A DNA stretch of 64,000 bases from an uncultured Aquiluna sp. Its GTDB lineage: Bacteria > Actinomycetota > Actinomycetes > Actinomycetales > Microbacteriaceae. The notes below the pieces were generated by a model. That model made no database searches, was not told the DNA's origin, and saw nothing but the letters and a program-made list of their open reading frames with translations. Made by a program: the position numbers and the translations under genes. Of the stretch, positions 20,737-32,175 are shown in pieces. How positions within the stretch are numbered: the stretch's first letter is position 1; each line of letters begins with the position of its first letter. The stretch spans positions 18,811 to 82,810 of the forward strand of contig CAZLKR010000002.1 in assembly GCA_964560155.1 (NCBI GenBank). Reading direction: 5' to 3'.

Positions 20737-22509
20737 ATGCCTATTCGCTTGAGCTCACTTTTCCTGCGCACCCTGCGCGAGGATCCCTCCGATGCCGAAG
20801 TTGACAGCCACCGCCTGTTGGTCCGTGCTGGTTACATTCGCCGAAATGCACCCGGTGTCTTCACCTGGTTGCCGCTTGGCCTAAAGGTCAAGGCTCGCAT
20901 TGAGCAGATCGTGCGCGAAGAGATGGAAAACGCTGGCGCTCAGGAAGTCTTCTTTCCAGCACTACTTCCAAAAGAACCATTTGAGGCAACCGGTCGTTGG
21001 GAAGAGTATGGCGACAACCTATTCAGGCTTCAGGATCGTAAAAAGGCCGACTACCTACTCGCCCCAACCCACGAAGAGGTATTCACGCTGTTGGTGAAGG
21101 ACCTTTACTCCTCATACAAGGATCTGCCACTTTCGATCTACCAGATTCAGAACAAGTACCGCGACGAGGCAAGGCCAAGGGCAGGGCTATTGCGCGGCCG
21201 CGAGTTTGTGATGAAGGACGCGTACTCGTTCGACGTCACCGACGAGGGCCTAGGCATCAGTTACCAGGCCCAGCGCGATGCCTACGAGCGCATCTTCCAG
21301 CGCCTTGGCGTGGAGTATGTGGTCGTCAAGGCAGACGCTGGCGCAATGGGTGGATCCAAGTCAGAGGAATTCCTAAACCCATCGGCTATCGGTGAGGACA
21401 CCTTTGTTCGCTCCAAGGGTGGCTTTGCCGCCAACGTTGAGGCGGTCAAGTTTGCACTTGCCGAGGATGTTGATGGTTCAAAGAACCCGGCAGCTGTGGT
21501 GCACGACTCACCAAACACTCCAACCATTGCGACCTTGGTGGACTACTCCAACGCATCCTTCCCTAAGGGCGACGGGGCTTGGACTGCGGCTGACACCCTA
21601 AAGAATGTGGTGTTGGCGTTGATTTCCCCCGAGGGCAAGCGCGAGCTTGTAATCGTTGGTGTTCCTGGTGATCGCGATGTTGATCAGAAGCGTGCAGAGG
21701 CATTCTTTGGCCCTAACGAGGTCGAGGCCGCCAACGAGGAAGACTTTGCTAAGCACCCACTTTTGGTCAAGGGATACATCGGTCCAGTAAAGGATGGCGT
21801 CCAGCAGCTGGGCAAGGATGCGGCAACCGGAATCAGGTTTTTGCTTGACCCAAGAGTTGCCAAGGGCAGCCAGTGGATCACCGGTGCAAACGTAGATCAG
21901 AAGCACGTTTACCACCTGACCTATGGTCGTGATTTCACCGCGGATGGTGTGGCGGACATTGCAGAAATTCGCGAAGGCGATCCAGCTCCGGATGGATCAG
22001 GTCCTTTGGAACTAGCCCGCGGTATTGAGATCGGGCACGTTTTCCAACTCGGTCGCAAGTATGCCGAGGCACTTGGACTTCAGGTCTTGGACGAAAACGG
22101 CAAGCTCGTGACCGTCACCATGGGTTCCTACGGAATTGGTGTGACTCGCCTGGTGGCAGTTATTGCCGAGGCATCTCACGATGAGAATGGCTTGATTTGG
22201 CCTGAGAGCGTTGCTCCCGCAGATCTTCACATCATTGCCGCCGGTAAGGATGAACTGCCATTTGAGGCAGCCGAGAAGCTTGCCAAAGAGGCCGAGAAGC
22301 ACAACCTTTCGGTGATTCTGGATGACCGCGCCAAGGTAAGCCCAGGTGTGAAGTTCGCTGATGCCGAGCTGATTGGCGTGCCATGGATCATCATTTGTGG
22401 TCGTGGAGTTGCGGACGGCGAAGTTGAGTTGTGGAACCGTCGTAGCGGCGAGCGGGTTCAGGTCAGGCTAGAATCAGCTATAGCTGAGCTTTTGGCTAAG
22501 CGCGCATAA
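20737..22509 (+). CDS. proS: Proline--tRNA ligase
   Basis: [42 protein letters not shown]. Confidence 0.98.
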   Translation: MPIRLSSLFLRTLREDPSDAEVDSHRLLVRAGYIRRNAPGVFTWLPLGLKVKARIEQIVREEMENAGAQEVFFPALLPKEPFEATGRWEEYGDNLFRLQDRKKADYLLAPTHEEVFTLLVKDLYSSYKDLPLSIYQIQNKYRDEARPRAGLLRGREFVMKDAYSFDVTDEGLGISYQAQRDAYERIFQRLGVEYVVVKADAGAMGGSKSEEFLNPSAIGEDTFVRSKGGFAANVEAVKFALAEDVDGSKNPAAVVHDSPNTPTIATLVDYSNASFPKGDGAWTAADTLKNVVLALISPEGKRELVIVGVPGDRDVDQKRAEAFFGPNEVEAANEEDFAKHPLLVKGYIGPVKDGVQQLGKDAATGIRFLLDPRVAKGSQWITGANVDQKHVYHLTYGRDFTADGVADIAEIREGDPAPDGSGPLELARGIEIGHVFQLGRKYAEALGLQVLDENGKLVTVTMGSYGIGVTRLVAVIAEASHDENGLIWPESVAPADLHIIAAGKDELPFEAAEKLAKEAEKHNLSVILDDRAKVSPGVKFADAELIGVPWIIICGRGVADGEVELWNRRSGERVQVRLESAIAELLAKRA

Positions 22510-22532
22510 GAAAATACGTTAGGAGCGGCCTC

Positions 22533-23507
22533 ATGGATATCGATATTTCGGTGCTGCGACTTTTGGAGCGCGAAAAAGAAATTCCGTTTGACGATCTAGT
22601 CAACATCATTGAGTCCGCGATACTCGCCGCCTTTTCCAAAACCGGCCACGAGGCAAAGAGTCCTCGCGCAGAATTAGACCGTAAGACCGGTCACGTTGCC
22701 ATTTACGCCCCTGAGTTCAACGAAGAGGGCGAGCAGGTTGGCGAGAAGGACGTAACTCCAGAGGGCTTTGGTCGAGTTGCTGCCTACGCGGCAAAGCAGG
22801 TCATTGCTCAGCGCATGCGTGAAATCTCAGACGAAGGCTTGCTGGGGGAGTTCAAGGGTAAAGAAGGCGACATCGTTGCCGGAATGATTCAGCAGGGCTC
22901 TAGATCCAACATGGTCTATGTGAACCTGGGTTCAATCGAAGCGCTTATGCCACCGGAGGAGCAGGTTCCGGGCGAGGACTACTCACACGGCAGCCGCATT
23001 CGCGTTTACGTAACCAGCGTGCAGCGTGGCCCAAGAGGCCCGCAGATCACCGTGTCCCGCACCCACCCGAACCTGGTACGCAAGCTATTTGCCCTTGAGG
23101 TTCCAGAGGTTGCCTCCGGTCAGGTTGAAATTGCATCGGTAGCCCGCGAAGCTGGTCACCGCACCAAGATTGCAGTAATCGCGAAGGAGCCGGGCATCAA
23201 CGCCAAGGGTGCTTGCATTGGTGAACTTGGTCAGCGAGTTCGTGCGGTTTCCGCAGAACTCAACGAAGAGAAGATTGACGTTGTGGACTACAGCGAAGAT
23301 CTTCCAAAGTTTGTGGCCCAAGCGCTTTCTCCGGCTCGAGTATCAGACGCATTCGTTATTGATGCTGCGACCAAGGCGGTCAGAGTGTTGGTGCCAGATT
23401 TTCAGCTCTCGTTGGCAATCGGTAAAGAGGGTCAGAACGCTCGTTTGGCAGCCAAGCTGACCGGTGCAAAGATCGACATTCAGCCCGACAGCATTCTCGA
23501 AGGCTAG
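22533..23507 (+). CDS. nusA: Transcription termination/antitermination factor NusA
   Basis: FGRVAAYAAKQ, S1 and KH domains, AREAGHRTK, SLAIGKEGQNARLA. Confidence 0.97.
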   Translation: MDIDISVLRLLEREKEIPFDDLVNIIESAILAAFSKTGHEAKSPRAELDRKTGHVAIYAPEFNEEGEQVGEKDVTPEGFGRVAAYAAKQVIAQRMREISDEGLLGEFKGKEGDIVAGMIQQGSRSNMVYVNLGSIEALMPPEEQVPGEDYSHGSRIRVYVTSVQRGPRGPQITVSRTHPNLVRKLFALEVPEVASGQVEIASVAREAGHRTKIAVIAKEPGINAKGACIGELGQRVRAVSAELNEEKIDVVDYSEDLPKFVAQALSPARVSDAFVIDAATKAVRVLVPDFQLSLAIGKEGQNARLAAKLTGAKIDIQPDSILEG

Positions 23508-23531
23508 CCCAATTGGGGCTAAGGGCCTAGA

Positions 23532-23801
23532 ATGAACCCGGTAAGAACCTGCGTTGGCTGTCGCCAGCGCGATTCGAAAGAAAATTTGGTTCGAGCAATT
23601 GCAGAAAACGGTGTCGTGAGAGTTGATCTCGCAAACCGCCTACCAGGCCGAGGGGTCTGGTTTCACAGTGATTGTTCACAACTGGTTTTGGATCGAAAAG
23701 GGTTCAGAAAAGCCTTGGGCGAAGCAAGTACCGCTGAGTTTGAGGCCTGGCATAGACAGGCAAGAGAAGATGCTGGAAACAAAATGAGTTCCTCGAAATG
23801 A
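23532..23801 (+). CDS. ylxR: YlxR/DUF448 family RNA-binding protein
   Basis: PVRTCVGCR, GRGVW motifs; between nusA and infB. Confidence 0.85.
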   Translation: MNPVRTCVGCRQRDSKENLVRAIAENGVVRVDLANRLPGRGVWFHSDCSQLVLDRKGFRKALGEASTAEFEAWHRQAREDAGNKMSSSK

Positions 23802-23819
23802 GATCCGCTCACAACTAAA

Positions 23820-23851
23820 GCCTGCCCTGTTCGGGTAGGCCCGAACAGGAG
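23820..23851 (+). promoter_or_regulatory. Alternative hairpins overlapping the infB Shine-Dalgarno
   Basis: Hairpin A 23820-23840 and hairpin B 23826-23849 share nucleotides; B pairs the AGG of AGGAG. Confidence 0.5.
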
Positions 23852-23858
23852 AAACTAA

Positions 23859-26480
23859 GTGGCGCTTCCACGCGTATATGACCTAGCCAAAGAACTTGGC
23901 ATTGACACAAAGGTCGCACTATCCAAGCTTGAAGAGCTTGGCGAGTATGTCAAGGGTGGTTCATCCACCATCACTCCACCAGTAGCTGCAAAGCTCCGTG
24001 CCGCGTTCCCCAACGCTGGGAAGGCTGCACCAAAGAAGACTGAGCCAAAGGCAGCACCTGCTGCTGAGGCAGCCCCAGCACCTGCTGCAACTCCAGCGCC
24101 TGCCGCTCCTGAAGCCAAGGCACCTGTGAGCGCAGAGCCAGCTCCGGCAGCACCTGCGGCACCGTCCGCGCCAGCTGCTCCGAGCTCAGCCAGCTCAATC
24201 ATTGGAATTCCTCGTCCGGGCAACAACCCATTCAGCTCCAACCAGGGCATGGGCATCCCACGCCCAATGGCTCGTCCGGGTAATAACCCGTTCAGTTCTA
24301 ACCAGGGCATGGGCCGCGGTCCTCGTCCAGGTGGCGCACCTCGTCCAGGCGGCGCTGCTGGCGCTCGTCCAGGTCAGGGTGGTGCACCTCGTCCAGGTGG
24401 TGCTCCTCGTCCAGGTGGAGCTCCTCGTCCAGCTGGTGCTGGTTTTGGTAGCCCTCGTCCAGGTGGTGCCCCAGGTTTCGGTGCTCCAGGTGCTGGTGCT
24501 CCAGGTGGTCGCCCAGGCCCAGGTGGTCGCGGTGGTCGCGGTGCTGGTACCGCTGGTGCATTTGGAAAGGGTGGCTCAAAGAACAAGGGTCGTAAGTCCA
24601 AGCGCACCAAAAGAGAAGAATTTGAGCAGAGAGAGGCTCCGAGCCTTGGCGGTGCAATGGTGCCACGCGGCGACGGTTCAACCGTTGTTCGTATCCGCCG
24701 CGGATCCTCGATTCAGGACTTCGCAGACAAGATTGGCGCAAACGCTGGTCAGCTGATCACCGTGCTGTTCCACCTGGGACAGATGGCCACCGCTACCGCA
24801 TCGCTAGATGAAGACACCTTCCAAATTTTGGGTGTGGAGCTTGGCTACAAGGTTGAGGTTGTTTCCCCAGAGGACGAAGAGCGCGAGCTATTCGAAGGCT
24901 TTGGTCTAGACATCTCTACCGGCATTGAGGATGAGGATGACGAAGACCTACAGGCTCGTCCACCTATCGTCACTGTCATGGGTCACGTTGACCACGGTAA
25001 GACCAAGCTTTTGGACTCCATCCGAAGTGCAAACGTGGTTGCTGGCGAAGCTGGTGGAATTACTCAGCACATCGGTGCTTACCAGGTTCACACCACTCAC
25101 GAGGGCATCGAACGCGCCATTACCTTTATTGACACCCCGGGTCACGAGGCGTTCACCGCCATGCGTGCTCGTGGTACTCAGGTAACTGATATTGCAATCC
25201 TTGTGGTTGCAGCTGACGACGGCGTTATGCCTCAGACCATCGAAGCGCTAAACCACGCTCAGGCCGCCAAGGTCCCAATCGTGGTAGCTGTGAACAAGGT
25301 CGACAAGGAGGGTGCTAACCCTGCCAAGATCCGTCAGCAGCTAACCGAGTTCGGCCTGGTTGCCGAGGAGTACGGTGGCGACGTGATGTTCGTTGACGTT
25401 TCGGCGTTGAAGAACCAGGGCATTGACAACCTGCTAGATGCAGTACTGCTAACCGCAGACGCTGCACTTGACCTACGTGCCAACCCTGACCGCGATGCTC
25501 GCGGTGTGGCAATTGAAGCCAACCTAGACCGCGGTCGTGGTTCGGTGGCAACCGTGCTGATTCAGTCTGGAACCCTTGAGGTTGGAGACGCAATCGTTGC
25601 CGGTAGCTCACACGGTCGTGTTCGTGCGATGTTTGACGAGAACGGCGTTGCCGTCGAGAAGGCGTACCCATCTCGTCCGGTTCAGGTTCTAGGTCTGCAG
25701 TCAGTTCCTCGCGCTGGTGACACCTTCGTAGTTGCTGAAGATGAGCGTCAGGCTCGTCAAATTGCTGAGAAGCGTGAAGCTGCCGACAGAAACGCACTGC
25801 TTGCTAAGACTCGCAAGAAGCTATCGCTTGAGGACTTCACCAAGGCGCTCGAAGAGGGCAAGGTCGAGTCTCTCAACCTCATCATCAAGGGTGACGTATC
25901 CGGTGCTGTTGAAGCCTTGGAAGACAGCTTGCTCAAGATCGAGGTCGACGACTCAGTTCAGCTACGAATCATCCACCGCGGTGTTGGTGCAATTACCGAG
26001 TCTGACGTCAACCTGGCAACCGTTGACTCTGCGGTCATCATTGGATTCAACGTGCGACCTGATAACAAGGCCAGAGAGCGTGCCGACCGCGAAGGCGTCG
26101 ACGTACGTTTCTACTCGGTTATCTACAACGCGCTGGACGACAGCGAGAGCTCGCTCAAGGGGTGGCTCAAGCCAGAGTACGTAGAGAAGCAGATGGGTAC
26201 CGCGGAAGTGCGCGAGATCTTCCGTTCCTCCAAGTTCGGCACCATCGCAGGTTCTTACGTTCGCTCGGGTCTAATCCGACGCAACGCAATGGCTCGCGTG
26301 CTGCGCGATGGCGTGATGATCAAGGAAGGTCTAAAGGTTGAATCCCTGAAGCGATTCAAGGACGATGCAACCGAAGTAAAGACCGACTACGAGTGTGGTA
26401 TCGGTCTTGGCGACTTCAACGACATCTTGGTCGATGACGTCATCGAGACCTACGAGATGGTTGAGAAGCCGAGGGTCTAG
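23859..26480 (+). CDS. infB: Translation initiation factor IF-2
   Basis: [22 protein letters not shown]-domain; Pro/Gly-rich actinobacterial N-terminus. Confidence 0.99.
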   Translation: MALPRVYDLAKELGIDTKVALSKLEELGEYVKGGSSTITPPVAAKLRAAFPNAGKAAPKKTEPKAAPAAEAAPAPAATPAPAAPEAKAPVSAEPAPAAPAAPSAPAAPSSASSIIGIPRPGNNPFSSNQGMGIPRPMARPGNNPFSSNQGMGRGPRPGGAPRPGGAAGARPGQGGAPRPGGAPRPGGAPRPAGAGFGSPRPGGAPGFGAPGAGAPGGRPGPGGRGGRGAGTAGAFGKGGSKNKGRKSKRTKREEFEQREAPSLGGAMVPRGDGSTVVRIRRGSSIQDFADKIGANAGQLITVLFHLGQMATATASLDEDTFQILGVELGYKVEVVSPEDEERELFEGFGLDISTGIEDEDDEDLQARPPIVTVMGHVDHGKTKLLDSIRSANVVAGEAGGITQHIGAYQVHTTHEGIERAITFIDTPGHEAFTAMRARGTQVTDIAILVVAADDGVMPQTIEALNHAQAAKVPIVVAVNKVDKEGANPAKIRQQLTEFGLVAEEYGGDVMFVDVSALKNQGIDNLLDAVLLTADAALDLRANPDRDARGVAIEANLDRGRGSVATVLIQSGTLEVGDAIVAGSSHGRVRAMFDENGVAVEKAYPSRPVQVLGLQSVPRAGDTFVVAEDERQARQIAEKREAADRNALLAKTRKKLSLEDFTKALEEGKVESLNLIIKGDVSGAVEALEDSLLKIEVDDSVQLRIIHRGVGAITESDVNLATVDSAVIIGFNVRPDNKARERADREGVDVRFYSVIYNALDDSESSLKGWLKPEYVEKQMGTAEVREIFRSSKFGTIAGSYVRSGLIRRNAMARVLRDGVMIKEGLKVESLKRFKDDATEVKTDYECGIGLGDFNDILVDDVIETYEMVEKPRV
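24211..24470 (+). repeat. Coding tandem repeats in the IF-2 linker
   Basis: Two copies with 60-bp period encoding [14 protein letters not shown] (24211, 24271), then several CCTCGTCCAG units encoding GGAPRP. Confidence 0.85.
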
Positions 26481-26911
26481 TGGTTGATCACGCACGTGCC
26501 CGCCGCTTGGGTGAGCGAATAAAGGTATTGGTCGCGGAGGCTTTAGAGAAGGTTGTAAAAGACCCAGATCTAGGCTTTGTGACCATTACCGATGTTCGCG
26601 TAAGTCCCGATCTTTCGCAGGCCAAGCTTTACTACACGGTGTTTGGTAGTCCAGAAGATCTAGAGCTGACCAAGGAAATCTTGGAGGCGCACAAGGGCAA
26701 GCTACGTAGCGAGATCGGTCGCCACCTAGGTATCCGAATTACTCCGTCAATCGAGTTCATCAATGATGAGGTTCCAGCTACCGCTGGAGCCATGGCTGAC
26801 CTTCTAGCAGAGGCAAAGCGTCGAGACGCAGAGCTTGAGAAGATTGCGAAGAACGCTGCACCTGCTGGCGATGCCGACCCATACGTCAAGCCAAAGACCT
26901 CGGAAGAGTAA
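26480..26911 (+). CDS. rbfA: Ribosome-binding factor A
   Basis: KDPDLGFVTITDVRVSPDL, RITPSIEF, AGDADPY. Confidence 0.96.
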   Translation: MVDHARARRLGERIKVLVAEALEKVVKDPDLGFVTITDVRVSPDLSQAKLYYTVFGSPEDLELTKEILEAHKGKLRSEIGRHLGIRITPSIEFINDEVPATAGAMADLLAEAKRRDAELEKIAKNAAPAGDADPYVKPKTSEE

Positions 26912-27777
26912 TGCCAGCCTCACTGGTGCTAATTGACAAGCAGCCGGGGTGGACAAGCCACGACGTGGTTGCCAAACTACGAGGCATTTTGGGGACTAGG
27001 AAAATCGGCCATGCCGGAACCCTTGACCCAATGGCAACTGGTCTATTAGTGCTCGGTGTTGATGGCGGCACGAAGCTTCTGCAATTCATTTCCGGAAGCG
27101 ATAAGCAATACCTTGCAACCATCCGGCTTGGTGCAGCAACCCACACCGATGATGCCGAAGGCGATGCGGTATTCACCGCATCCGCGCAAGCCATCACCGC
27201 TTCACAGATTGATGCCGAGATTGCAAAGCTGACCGGTGAAATCACCCAGATTCCTTCTTCGGTCAGCGCGATCAAGGTCGATGGCAAGCGTGCGTATGAC
27301 TTGGTTCGAGATGGCAAAGAGGTAGAACTGAAGGGTAGAATCGTCACGGTTTCAAACTTCCAAAGAACCTCAGAACCGCAGATCACTGGTGACTTTCTGG
27401 ACTGCGACGCGGTTGTCGACTGTTCCTCAGGAACCTACATCCGCGCCTTAGCGCGAGATATCGGTGCAGCCCTCGGTGTCGGCGGACACCTAACCATGTT
27501 GCGCAGGACCAAGATCGGTAACTTCGATTTAGCAAACGCAACCCACATCGACCAGCCGCCGATCTTGATTCCGCTGCTGCAGGCTGCGGAAACACTTTTT
27601 GAATCCATTGACCTATCGGTCGAGCAGGCCAGGGACATCGTGCACGGTAAGCGCATCGACTTGGCGGCACAGGGTTTGGTCGCAGCCACCTGGAACGACG
27701 AATTGCTGGCCGTCTTGGAGCCGGCAGGAAGGCAACTTAAATCGGTCGTTGTTTTCCCGGAGGTGTTCAATGCTTGA
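26911..27777 (+). CDS. truB: tRNA pseudouridine(55) synthase
   Basis: GHAGTLDPMATG, SAIKVDGKRAY, CSSGTYIRALARD. Confidence 0.97.
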   Translation: MPASLVLIDKQPGWTSHDVVAKLRGILGTRKIGHAGTLDPMATGLLVLGVDGGTKLLQFISGSDKQYLATIRLGAATHTDDAEGDAVFTASAQAITASQIDAEIAKLTGEITQIPSSVSAIKVDGKRAYDLVRDGKEVELKGRIVTVSNFQRTSEPQITGDFLDCDAVVDCSSGTYIRALARDIGAALGVGGHLTMLRRTKIGNFDLANATHIDQPPILIPLLQAAETLFESIDLSVEQARDIVHGKRIDLAAQGLVAATWNDELLAVLEPAGRQLKSVVVFPEVFNA

Positions 27778-28147
27778 GTGGTGGTATCAGGCACAGCTTT
27801 GGTATGGCGTGGCGGCAGGTTTACTGCTGGTTTTGATGGGTTTGATTGGCAGGAAGCCCTCTGGTTTCTCGCTGGCACTGGTGGCAGGTAGCGAATTTGG
27901 CCTGCTGATGCAATTGATTGCCTCCATCACCCTGGTGATTTTGGGGGAGCGGGCAGCCTTGGACACCTGGGAGTTTTTTGGCTACCTGATTGTCGCAATC
28001 ATGGTTCCCGTCGGAGCAGCTATCTGGGCACTTGTGGAGCGCAGTCGCTGGTCCACCGTGATTATAGGCGCCGGAGTTCTAACCGTTGTGGTGATGTTGG
28101 TGAGGATGCATCAAATCTGGACCGGAAACGTCGTCTCATTCGCCTAA
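27770..28147 (+). CDS. Hypothetical 4-TM membrane protein
   Basis: ATG 27770 overlaps the truB end; four hydrophobic segments; ERSRWS motif. Confidence 0.8.
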   Translation: MLEWWYQAQLWYGVAAGLLLVLMGLIGRKPSGFSLALVAGSEFGLLMQLIASITLVILGERAALDTWEFFGYLIVAIMVPVGAAIWALVERSRWSTVIIGAGVLTVVVMLVRMHQIWTGNVVSFA

Positions 28148-28159
28148 CTCTCGCTCTCA

Positions 28160-28192
28160 GTTAACCATCCGTTAACCTTGCGTTAGTCACAA
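28160..28192 (+). promoter_or_regulatory. PHO-box-like 11-bp direct repeats upstream of pstC
   Basis: GTTAACC (28160), GTTAACC (28171), GTTAGTC (28182) in 11-bp phase; resemble actinobacterial GTTCACC-N4 PhoP units. Confidence 0.7.
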
Positions 28193-28221
28193 TTCAACCC
28201 GCAGACTCCACGCTAGAGGGC

Positions 28222-29196
28222 ATGTCGAACGATGTTGAGCCGAAGCGCTTAAAGCTGCGTAGCAAGCCATCTCGCACCGCCGACAAAGTCTTCTTCGCGA
28301 TTGCCAAAGCAGCCGGATACTCATCCTTCGTTTTAGTTGCCGCAATCTTGTTCTTCCTGATGCTTCGCGCCTGGCCAGCTTTTGAATCCCAAGGTGTTGT
28401 GAACTTCATCTTTGGCGCTGGCTGGAACTCGACTTCTGACCCGCAGATCTTCCACATGGGTCCAATGCTTTATGGATCGCTATTGATCGCCGCGATCGGT
28501 GTTGCACTAGCGGTTCCCATGGCAATCTCAATCTCATACTTCATTGCATTCTTGGCACCGCAGCGCTTGGCAAAGGTTGCCACCGTAATCGTTGACCTCT
28601 TGGCAGCAATCCCATCTGTGGTTATTGGTCTTTGGGGTCTCGGTGTCTTCTCTCCAGTGGCAGCCGAGTGGGGAAGAATGCTCAGCGAATCGCTGGGCTT
28701 TATCCCAATCTTCAGTAATGCCGTTGACATCTTCCTACGTTCGCCATTTATCGCATCACTAGTTATTGCAGTAATGATCGTTCCGATCATCTCCTCGATC
28801 ACTCGCGAAATCTTCTCTCAGATGGACCAGGAAATCATCAAGGGTGCGATGGCACTTGGTGGCACCAGGGAAACCATATTCCGCAAGGTGATTTTGCCTA
28901 CCGCATCCGGCGGAATCGTGGGTGGCGTACTGCTGGCACTTGGTAGAGCAATGGGTGAAACCGTTGCCATCTTCTTCGTGCTGAACCTGACCTTTGACGA
29001 CTTCAACTGGTTCAAAATCCTTGAGCCTTCGGGTGGAGCGGTGGCCTCACTTGTTCTGGCGCGTTTCAACGAAGCGCTCGAGACAGAGCTCTCCGCGCTA
29101 TTGGCAGCAGGTGTTGTGCTATTCGTAGTGACCTTGATTGTGAACTCAATTGCCTCCTACATCGTCGCTAAGGCTCAGCCATGGAGGAAGATGTGA
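28222..29196 (+). CDS. pstC: Phosphate ABC transporter permease PstC
   Basis: DLLAAIPSVVIGLWG, LALGRAMGETVA. Confidence 0.95.
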   Translation: MSNDVEPKRLKLRSKPSRTADKVFFAIAKAAGYSSFVLVAAILFFLMLRAWPAFESQGVVNFIFGAGWNSTSDPQIFHMGPMLYGSLLIAAIGVALAVPMAISISYFIAFLAPQRLAKVATVIVDLLAAIPSVVIGLWGLGVFSPVAAEWGRMLSESLGFIPIFSNAVDIFLRSPFIASLVIAVMIVPIISSITREIFSQMDQEIIKGAMALGGTRETIFRKVILPTASGGIVGGVLLALGRAMGETVAIFFVLNLTFDDFNWFKILEPSGGAVASLVLARFNEALETELSALLAAGVVLFVVTLIVNSIASYIVAKAQPWRKM

Positions 29197-30272
29197 CCGA
29201 GACACTTTCTAGGCCAAGACCAAAGAATGCAGCTCCCTGGGTAAAGCTGGGTAGCCGAGTCCGACTTGCATCCTGGATCACATCCTTGGTTCCGGCGGCG
29301 ATTTTCGTGGCAGCCTGGCTTGGGCTTCAGCTCGATTTCATGGCGGCTCTGCTGACCATCTTCTTGCCTATCCAGTTGGTATTCGGCGCTTGGGCGGGCT
29401 TCTATTCCTATGGCCGGAAGGGCATCAACGATGGCCTACTAATGGTCGTCACCTTCTTCTTCTCAACCTTCGTTCTGGTGCTTTTGGCATCGGTTATTTG
29501 GAGCGTTATCTCGGAGGGTGCGGCTGCGCTGTCACCGCACTTTATCTATCAGAACAACCGCTACATCACGGGAACCACAGGCCTGGAGATTGGTGGCGTA
29601 GGTCACGCGATCTTGGGATCTGTGATCATCACCGGTATCACCACAATCATCACCGTGCCACTTGGTGTCGCTACAGCTGTCTACTTGACCGAGACCCGCG
29701 ATGGCGCCAGGGGAGTCGTTCGCACCTTGCTGCAGGCGCTAGCCGGATTGCCTTCGGTTGTTGCAGGTTTGTTTATCTACTCAATGCTTATTGTTAGCGG
29801 CTGGTCCAACCAGGTTGGTTTGATGGCCTCGTTGGCACTGATTCCGCTGATGCTGCCAACAATTTCGCGTGTGGCGGAGGAGGCATTGCGCTTAGTTCCA
29901 ACCGAACTTAGAAATGGTGCTCTAGCCCTTGGAGCCCCAAGCTACAAAGCATTCTTCATGGTTACCTTGCCGGCGGCTAAATCCGGAATTGTGACTGCTG
30001 TTCTTCTTGGAGTGGCTCGCATTATCGGTGAGACAGCACCGTTGATCCTGACCGCAATCATTGCGAATGAGACAAACCTCAACCCAACCTCGGGCGGTAT
30101 GGCAACCCTACCTACCTACATCTACAACTTCCTATACCTGGGAGACGCCACCAGCTTGCAGCGTGCCTGGGGTGCGGCTTTGGTGCTGCTGATCTTTGTT
30201 GGAATCCTGTTCGTCGGAGCACGTATGGCCTCGGCCAGTCGAGTTGGCTCTAAGCCCAAGAGGAGAAAGTAA
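29193..30272 (+). CDS. pstA: Phosphate ABC transporter permease PstA
   Basis: [41 protein letters not shown]; GTG start overlaps pstC stop, SD GGAGG. Confidence 0.95.
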   Translation: MTETLSRPRPKNAAPWVKLGSRVRLASWITSLVPAAIFVAAWLGLQLDFMAALLTIFLPIQLVFGAWAGFYSYGRKGINDGLLMVVTFFFSTFVLVLLASVIWSVISEGAAALSPHFIYQNNRYITGTTGLEIGGVGHAILGSVIITGITTIITVPLGVATAVYLTETRDGARGVVRTLLQALAGLPSVVAGLFIYSMLIVSGWSNQVGLMASLALIPLMLPTISRVAEEALRLVPTELRNGALALGAPSYKAFFMVTLPAAKSGIVTAVLLGVARIIGETAPLILTAIIANETNLNPTSGGMATLPTYIYNFLYLGDATSLQRAWGAALVLLIFVGILFVGARMASASRVGSKPKRRK

Positions 30273-30274
30273 TC

Positions 30275-31051
30275 ATGACCAGTCCTATTCACCTAGAAAC
30301 CAAAGACATCAATGTCTGGTTTGGTGAGCGCCACGTATTGCGCGATGTCTCCTTGCAGTTTCAGAACAACCACGTAACCGCACTGATAGGACCATCCGGT
30401 TGCGGTAAGTCGACCTTTATCAGAACCCTAAACCGCATGCACGAGCTCATTCCGGGCGCTGGACTTGCCGGACAGGTCTTGCTAAATGGCGAAGACATTT
30501 ATGCCCAGGCGGTTGACCCAGTGAACGTCCGAATCGACATCGGCATGGTGTTTCAAAAGCCAAACCCATTCCCAACCATGACCATCAAGGAGAACATTCT
30601 CTCCGGCCTAAAGCTCTCCGGGCGCAAGATTACCGATGGCGATGCATTGGTTGAGCAGTCACTGATGCGTGCGTCAATGTGGAACGAGGTCAAGGACCGT
30701 CTTTCCGAGCCGGCCCTATCGCTTTCCGGTGGCCAGCAGCAGCGTCTTTGCATCGCCAGGTCACTAGCGATGAACCCTGACGTGCTTTTGATGGATGAGC
30801 CATGCTCGGCACTTGACCCGGGATCTACTCGTCGCATCGAGGAGACTATTTTGGAGCTCAAGGAGACCATGACAATCGTCATCGTTACCCACAACATGCA
30901 GCAGGCGCAGCGTGTAGCGGACTACACCGCATTCTTCCTTGCAGAAAACGGTAACCCTGGCGAAGTTGTTGAGTTTGACACGACGGAGAACGTGTTCATT
31001 CGCCCCAAGGACGAGCGAACTAACGAGTATGTGAACGGACGATTTGGTTGA
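30275..31051 (+). CDS. pstB: Phosphate ABC transporter ATP-binding protein
   Basis: [44 protein letters not shown]. Confidence 0.97.
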   Translation: MTSPIHLETKDINVWFGERHVLRDVSLQFQNNHVTALIGPSGCGKSTFIRTLNRMHELIPGAGLAGQVLLNGEDIYAQAVDPVNVRIDIGMVFQKPNPFPTMTIKENILSGLKLSGRKITDGDALVEQSLMRASMWNEVKDRLSEPALSLSGGQQQRLCIARSLAMNPDVLLMDEPCSALDPGSTRRIEETILELKETMTIVIVTHNMQQAQRVADYTAFFLAENGNPGEVVEFDTTENVFIRPKDERTNEYVNGRFG

Positions 31052-31052
31052 T

Positions 31053-31092
31053 GTTCACCATTGGTTCACCTGCTAAACAGTGTGGGTTAATC
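31053..31092 (+). promoter_or_regulatory. PHO boxes upstream of pstS
   Basis: Two exact GTTCACC units 11 bp apart (31053, 31064) and an in-phase GTTAATC at 31086. Confidence 0.8.
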
Positions 31093-31142
31093 CGGTAACT
31101 CAAGAATCAAAGACGTCAACAGACTCTAAACAAGGAGAATCC

Positions 31143-32156
31143 ATGCGTTTCAACAAGATCGCCAGCATCTCAGCTGGTGCAGCGCTTGTCGCAGCAACCG
31201 TCCTAACCGGCCCCGCGGCCATGGCAGGCGAGACCATCACCGGTACCGGTGCTAGCTACACCCTTTCCCTTCAGACCGAGTGTGCAGCTTCATACACCGA
31301 GCACAAGGTGACCTACGTTTCCAAGGGTTCGACCACTGGTCGCTCTGACTACTCCAAGGGCGTGAGCGACTTCGGTGGTTCCGACATCGTCTACAAGGCC
31401 TCTGAGACCAAGCCCAAGAACTTCACCTACGTACCGCTACTAGGTGGTCCAATCGCGATCTCCTTCAACATCGCAGGTGTTAACCGCCTAAACCTAACCG
31501 CTGCAGTAATCAGCGACATCTACCTAGGCAAGATCACCAAGTGGAACGACAAGGCGATCGTTGCTCTAAACAAGGGTGTAAAGCTACCTGACGCCACCAT
31601 CACTCCGGTTTACCGTTCGGACGGCTCTGGTACCACCGCTAACTTCACCAACTACCTGAAGCAGGTTGCTGGAAGCGCATGGACCATGGGTGACGCATTC
31701 AAGTCCGCGGCTACCGGTATTGTGGGCGTTGGTGCCAGCGGTAACTCAGCAGTGGCAACCACCATCAAGTCGACCGCTAACTCGTTCGGTTACATCGACC
31801 TAGCAGATGCCAACAAGAACGCCCTAGCGATCGCTCACCTTCAGAACGGTTCAGGCCAGTTCCTAAAGCCAACCATCGCTAACTCAAAGGCATTCATCGA
31901 GGCAACCTCGATGAAGGCAACTGGCGAGGTTATCTTCGACTACAACAAGAAGCTAAGGGGCGCATACAACCTCTCCATAGTTTCTTACGGTATTGCTCCA
32001 ACCAAGGCGGGTACCGCCAAGGCTGATGCAGTTCGTGAATACTTGACCTACTTCATCAAGGACTGTGCACCAGCTAAGGCTGCTGCGGTCGGTTACGTTG
32101 CTCTATCGGGCAAGTTCCAGACCACCGCGCTGAAGCTAGTTGCCAAGGTCAACTAA
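31143..32156 (+). CDS. pstS: Phosphate-binding protein PstS (Sec/SPase I signal, no lipobox)
   Basis: GTGAS, GSTTG, DFGGSD, ITKWND, YRSDGSGTTANFT; SD AAGGAG; ATG 31143. Confidence 0.95.
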   Translation: MRFNKIASISAGAALVAATVLTGPAAMAGETITGTGASYTLSLQTECAASYTEHKVTYVSKGSTTGRSDYSKGVSDFGGSDIVYKASETKPKNFTYVPLLGGPIAISFNIAGVNRLNLTAAVISDIYLGKITKWNDKAIVALNKGVKLPDATITPVYRSDGSGTTANFTNYLKQVAGSAWTMGDAFKSAATGIVGVGASGNSAVATTIKSTANSFGYIDLADANKNALAIAHLQNGSGQFLKPTIANSKAFIEATSMKATGEVIFDYNKKLRGAYNLSIVSYGIAPTKAGTAKADAVREYLTYFIKDCAPAKAAAVGYVALSGKFQTTALKLVAKVN

Positions 32157-32175
32157 GTAACATAATGATTCAAAG

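Noticed and set aside
24211-24545. Tandem CCTCGTCCAGG repeats as a CRISPR array or contingency locus
   Set aside because: In-frame, synonymously diverged repeats encoding the usual Pro/Gly-rich IF-2 linker; no unique spacers and no cas genes
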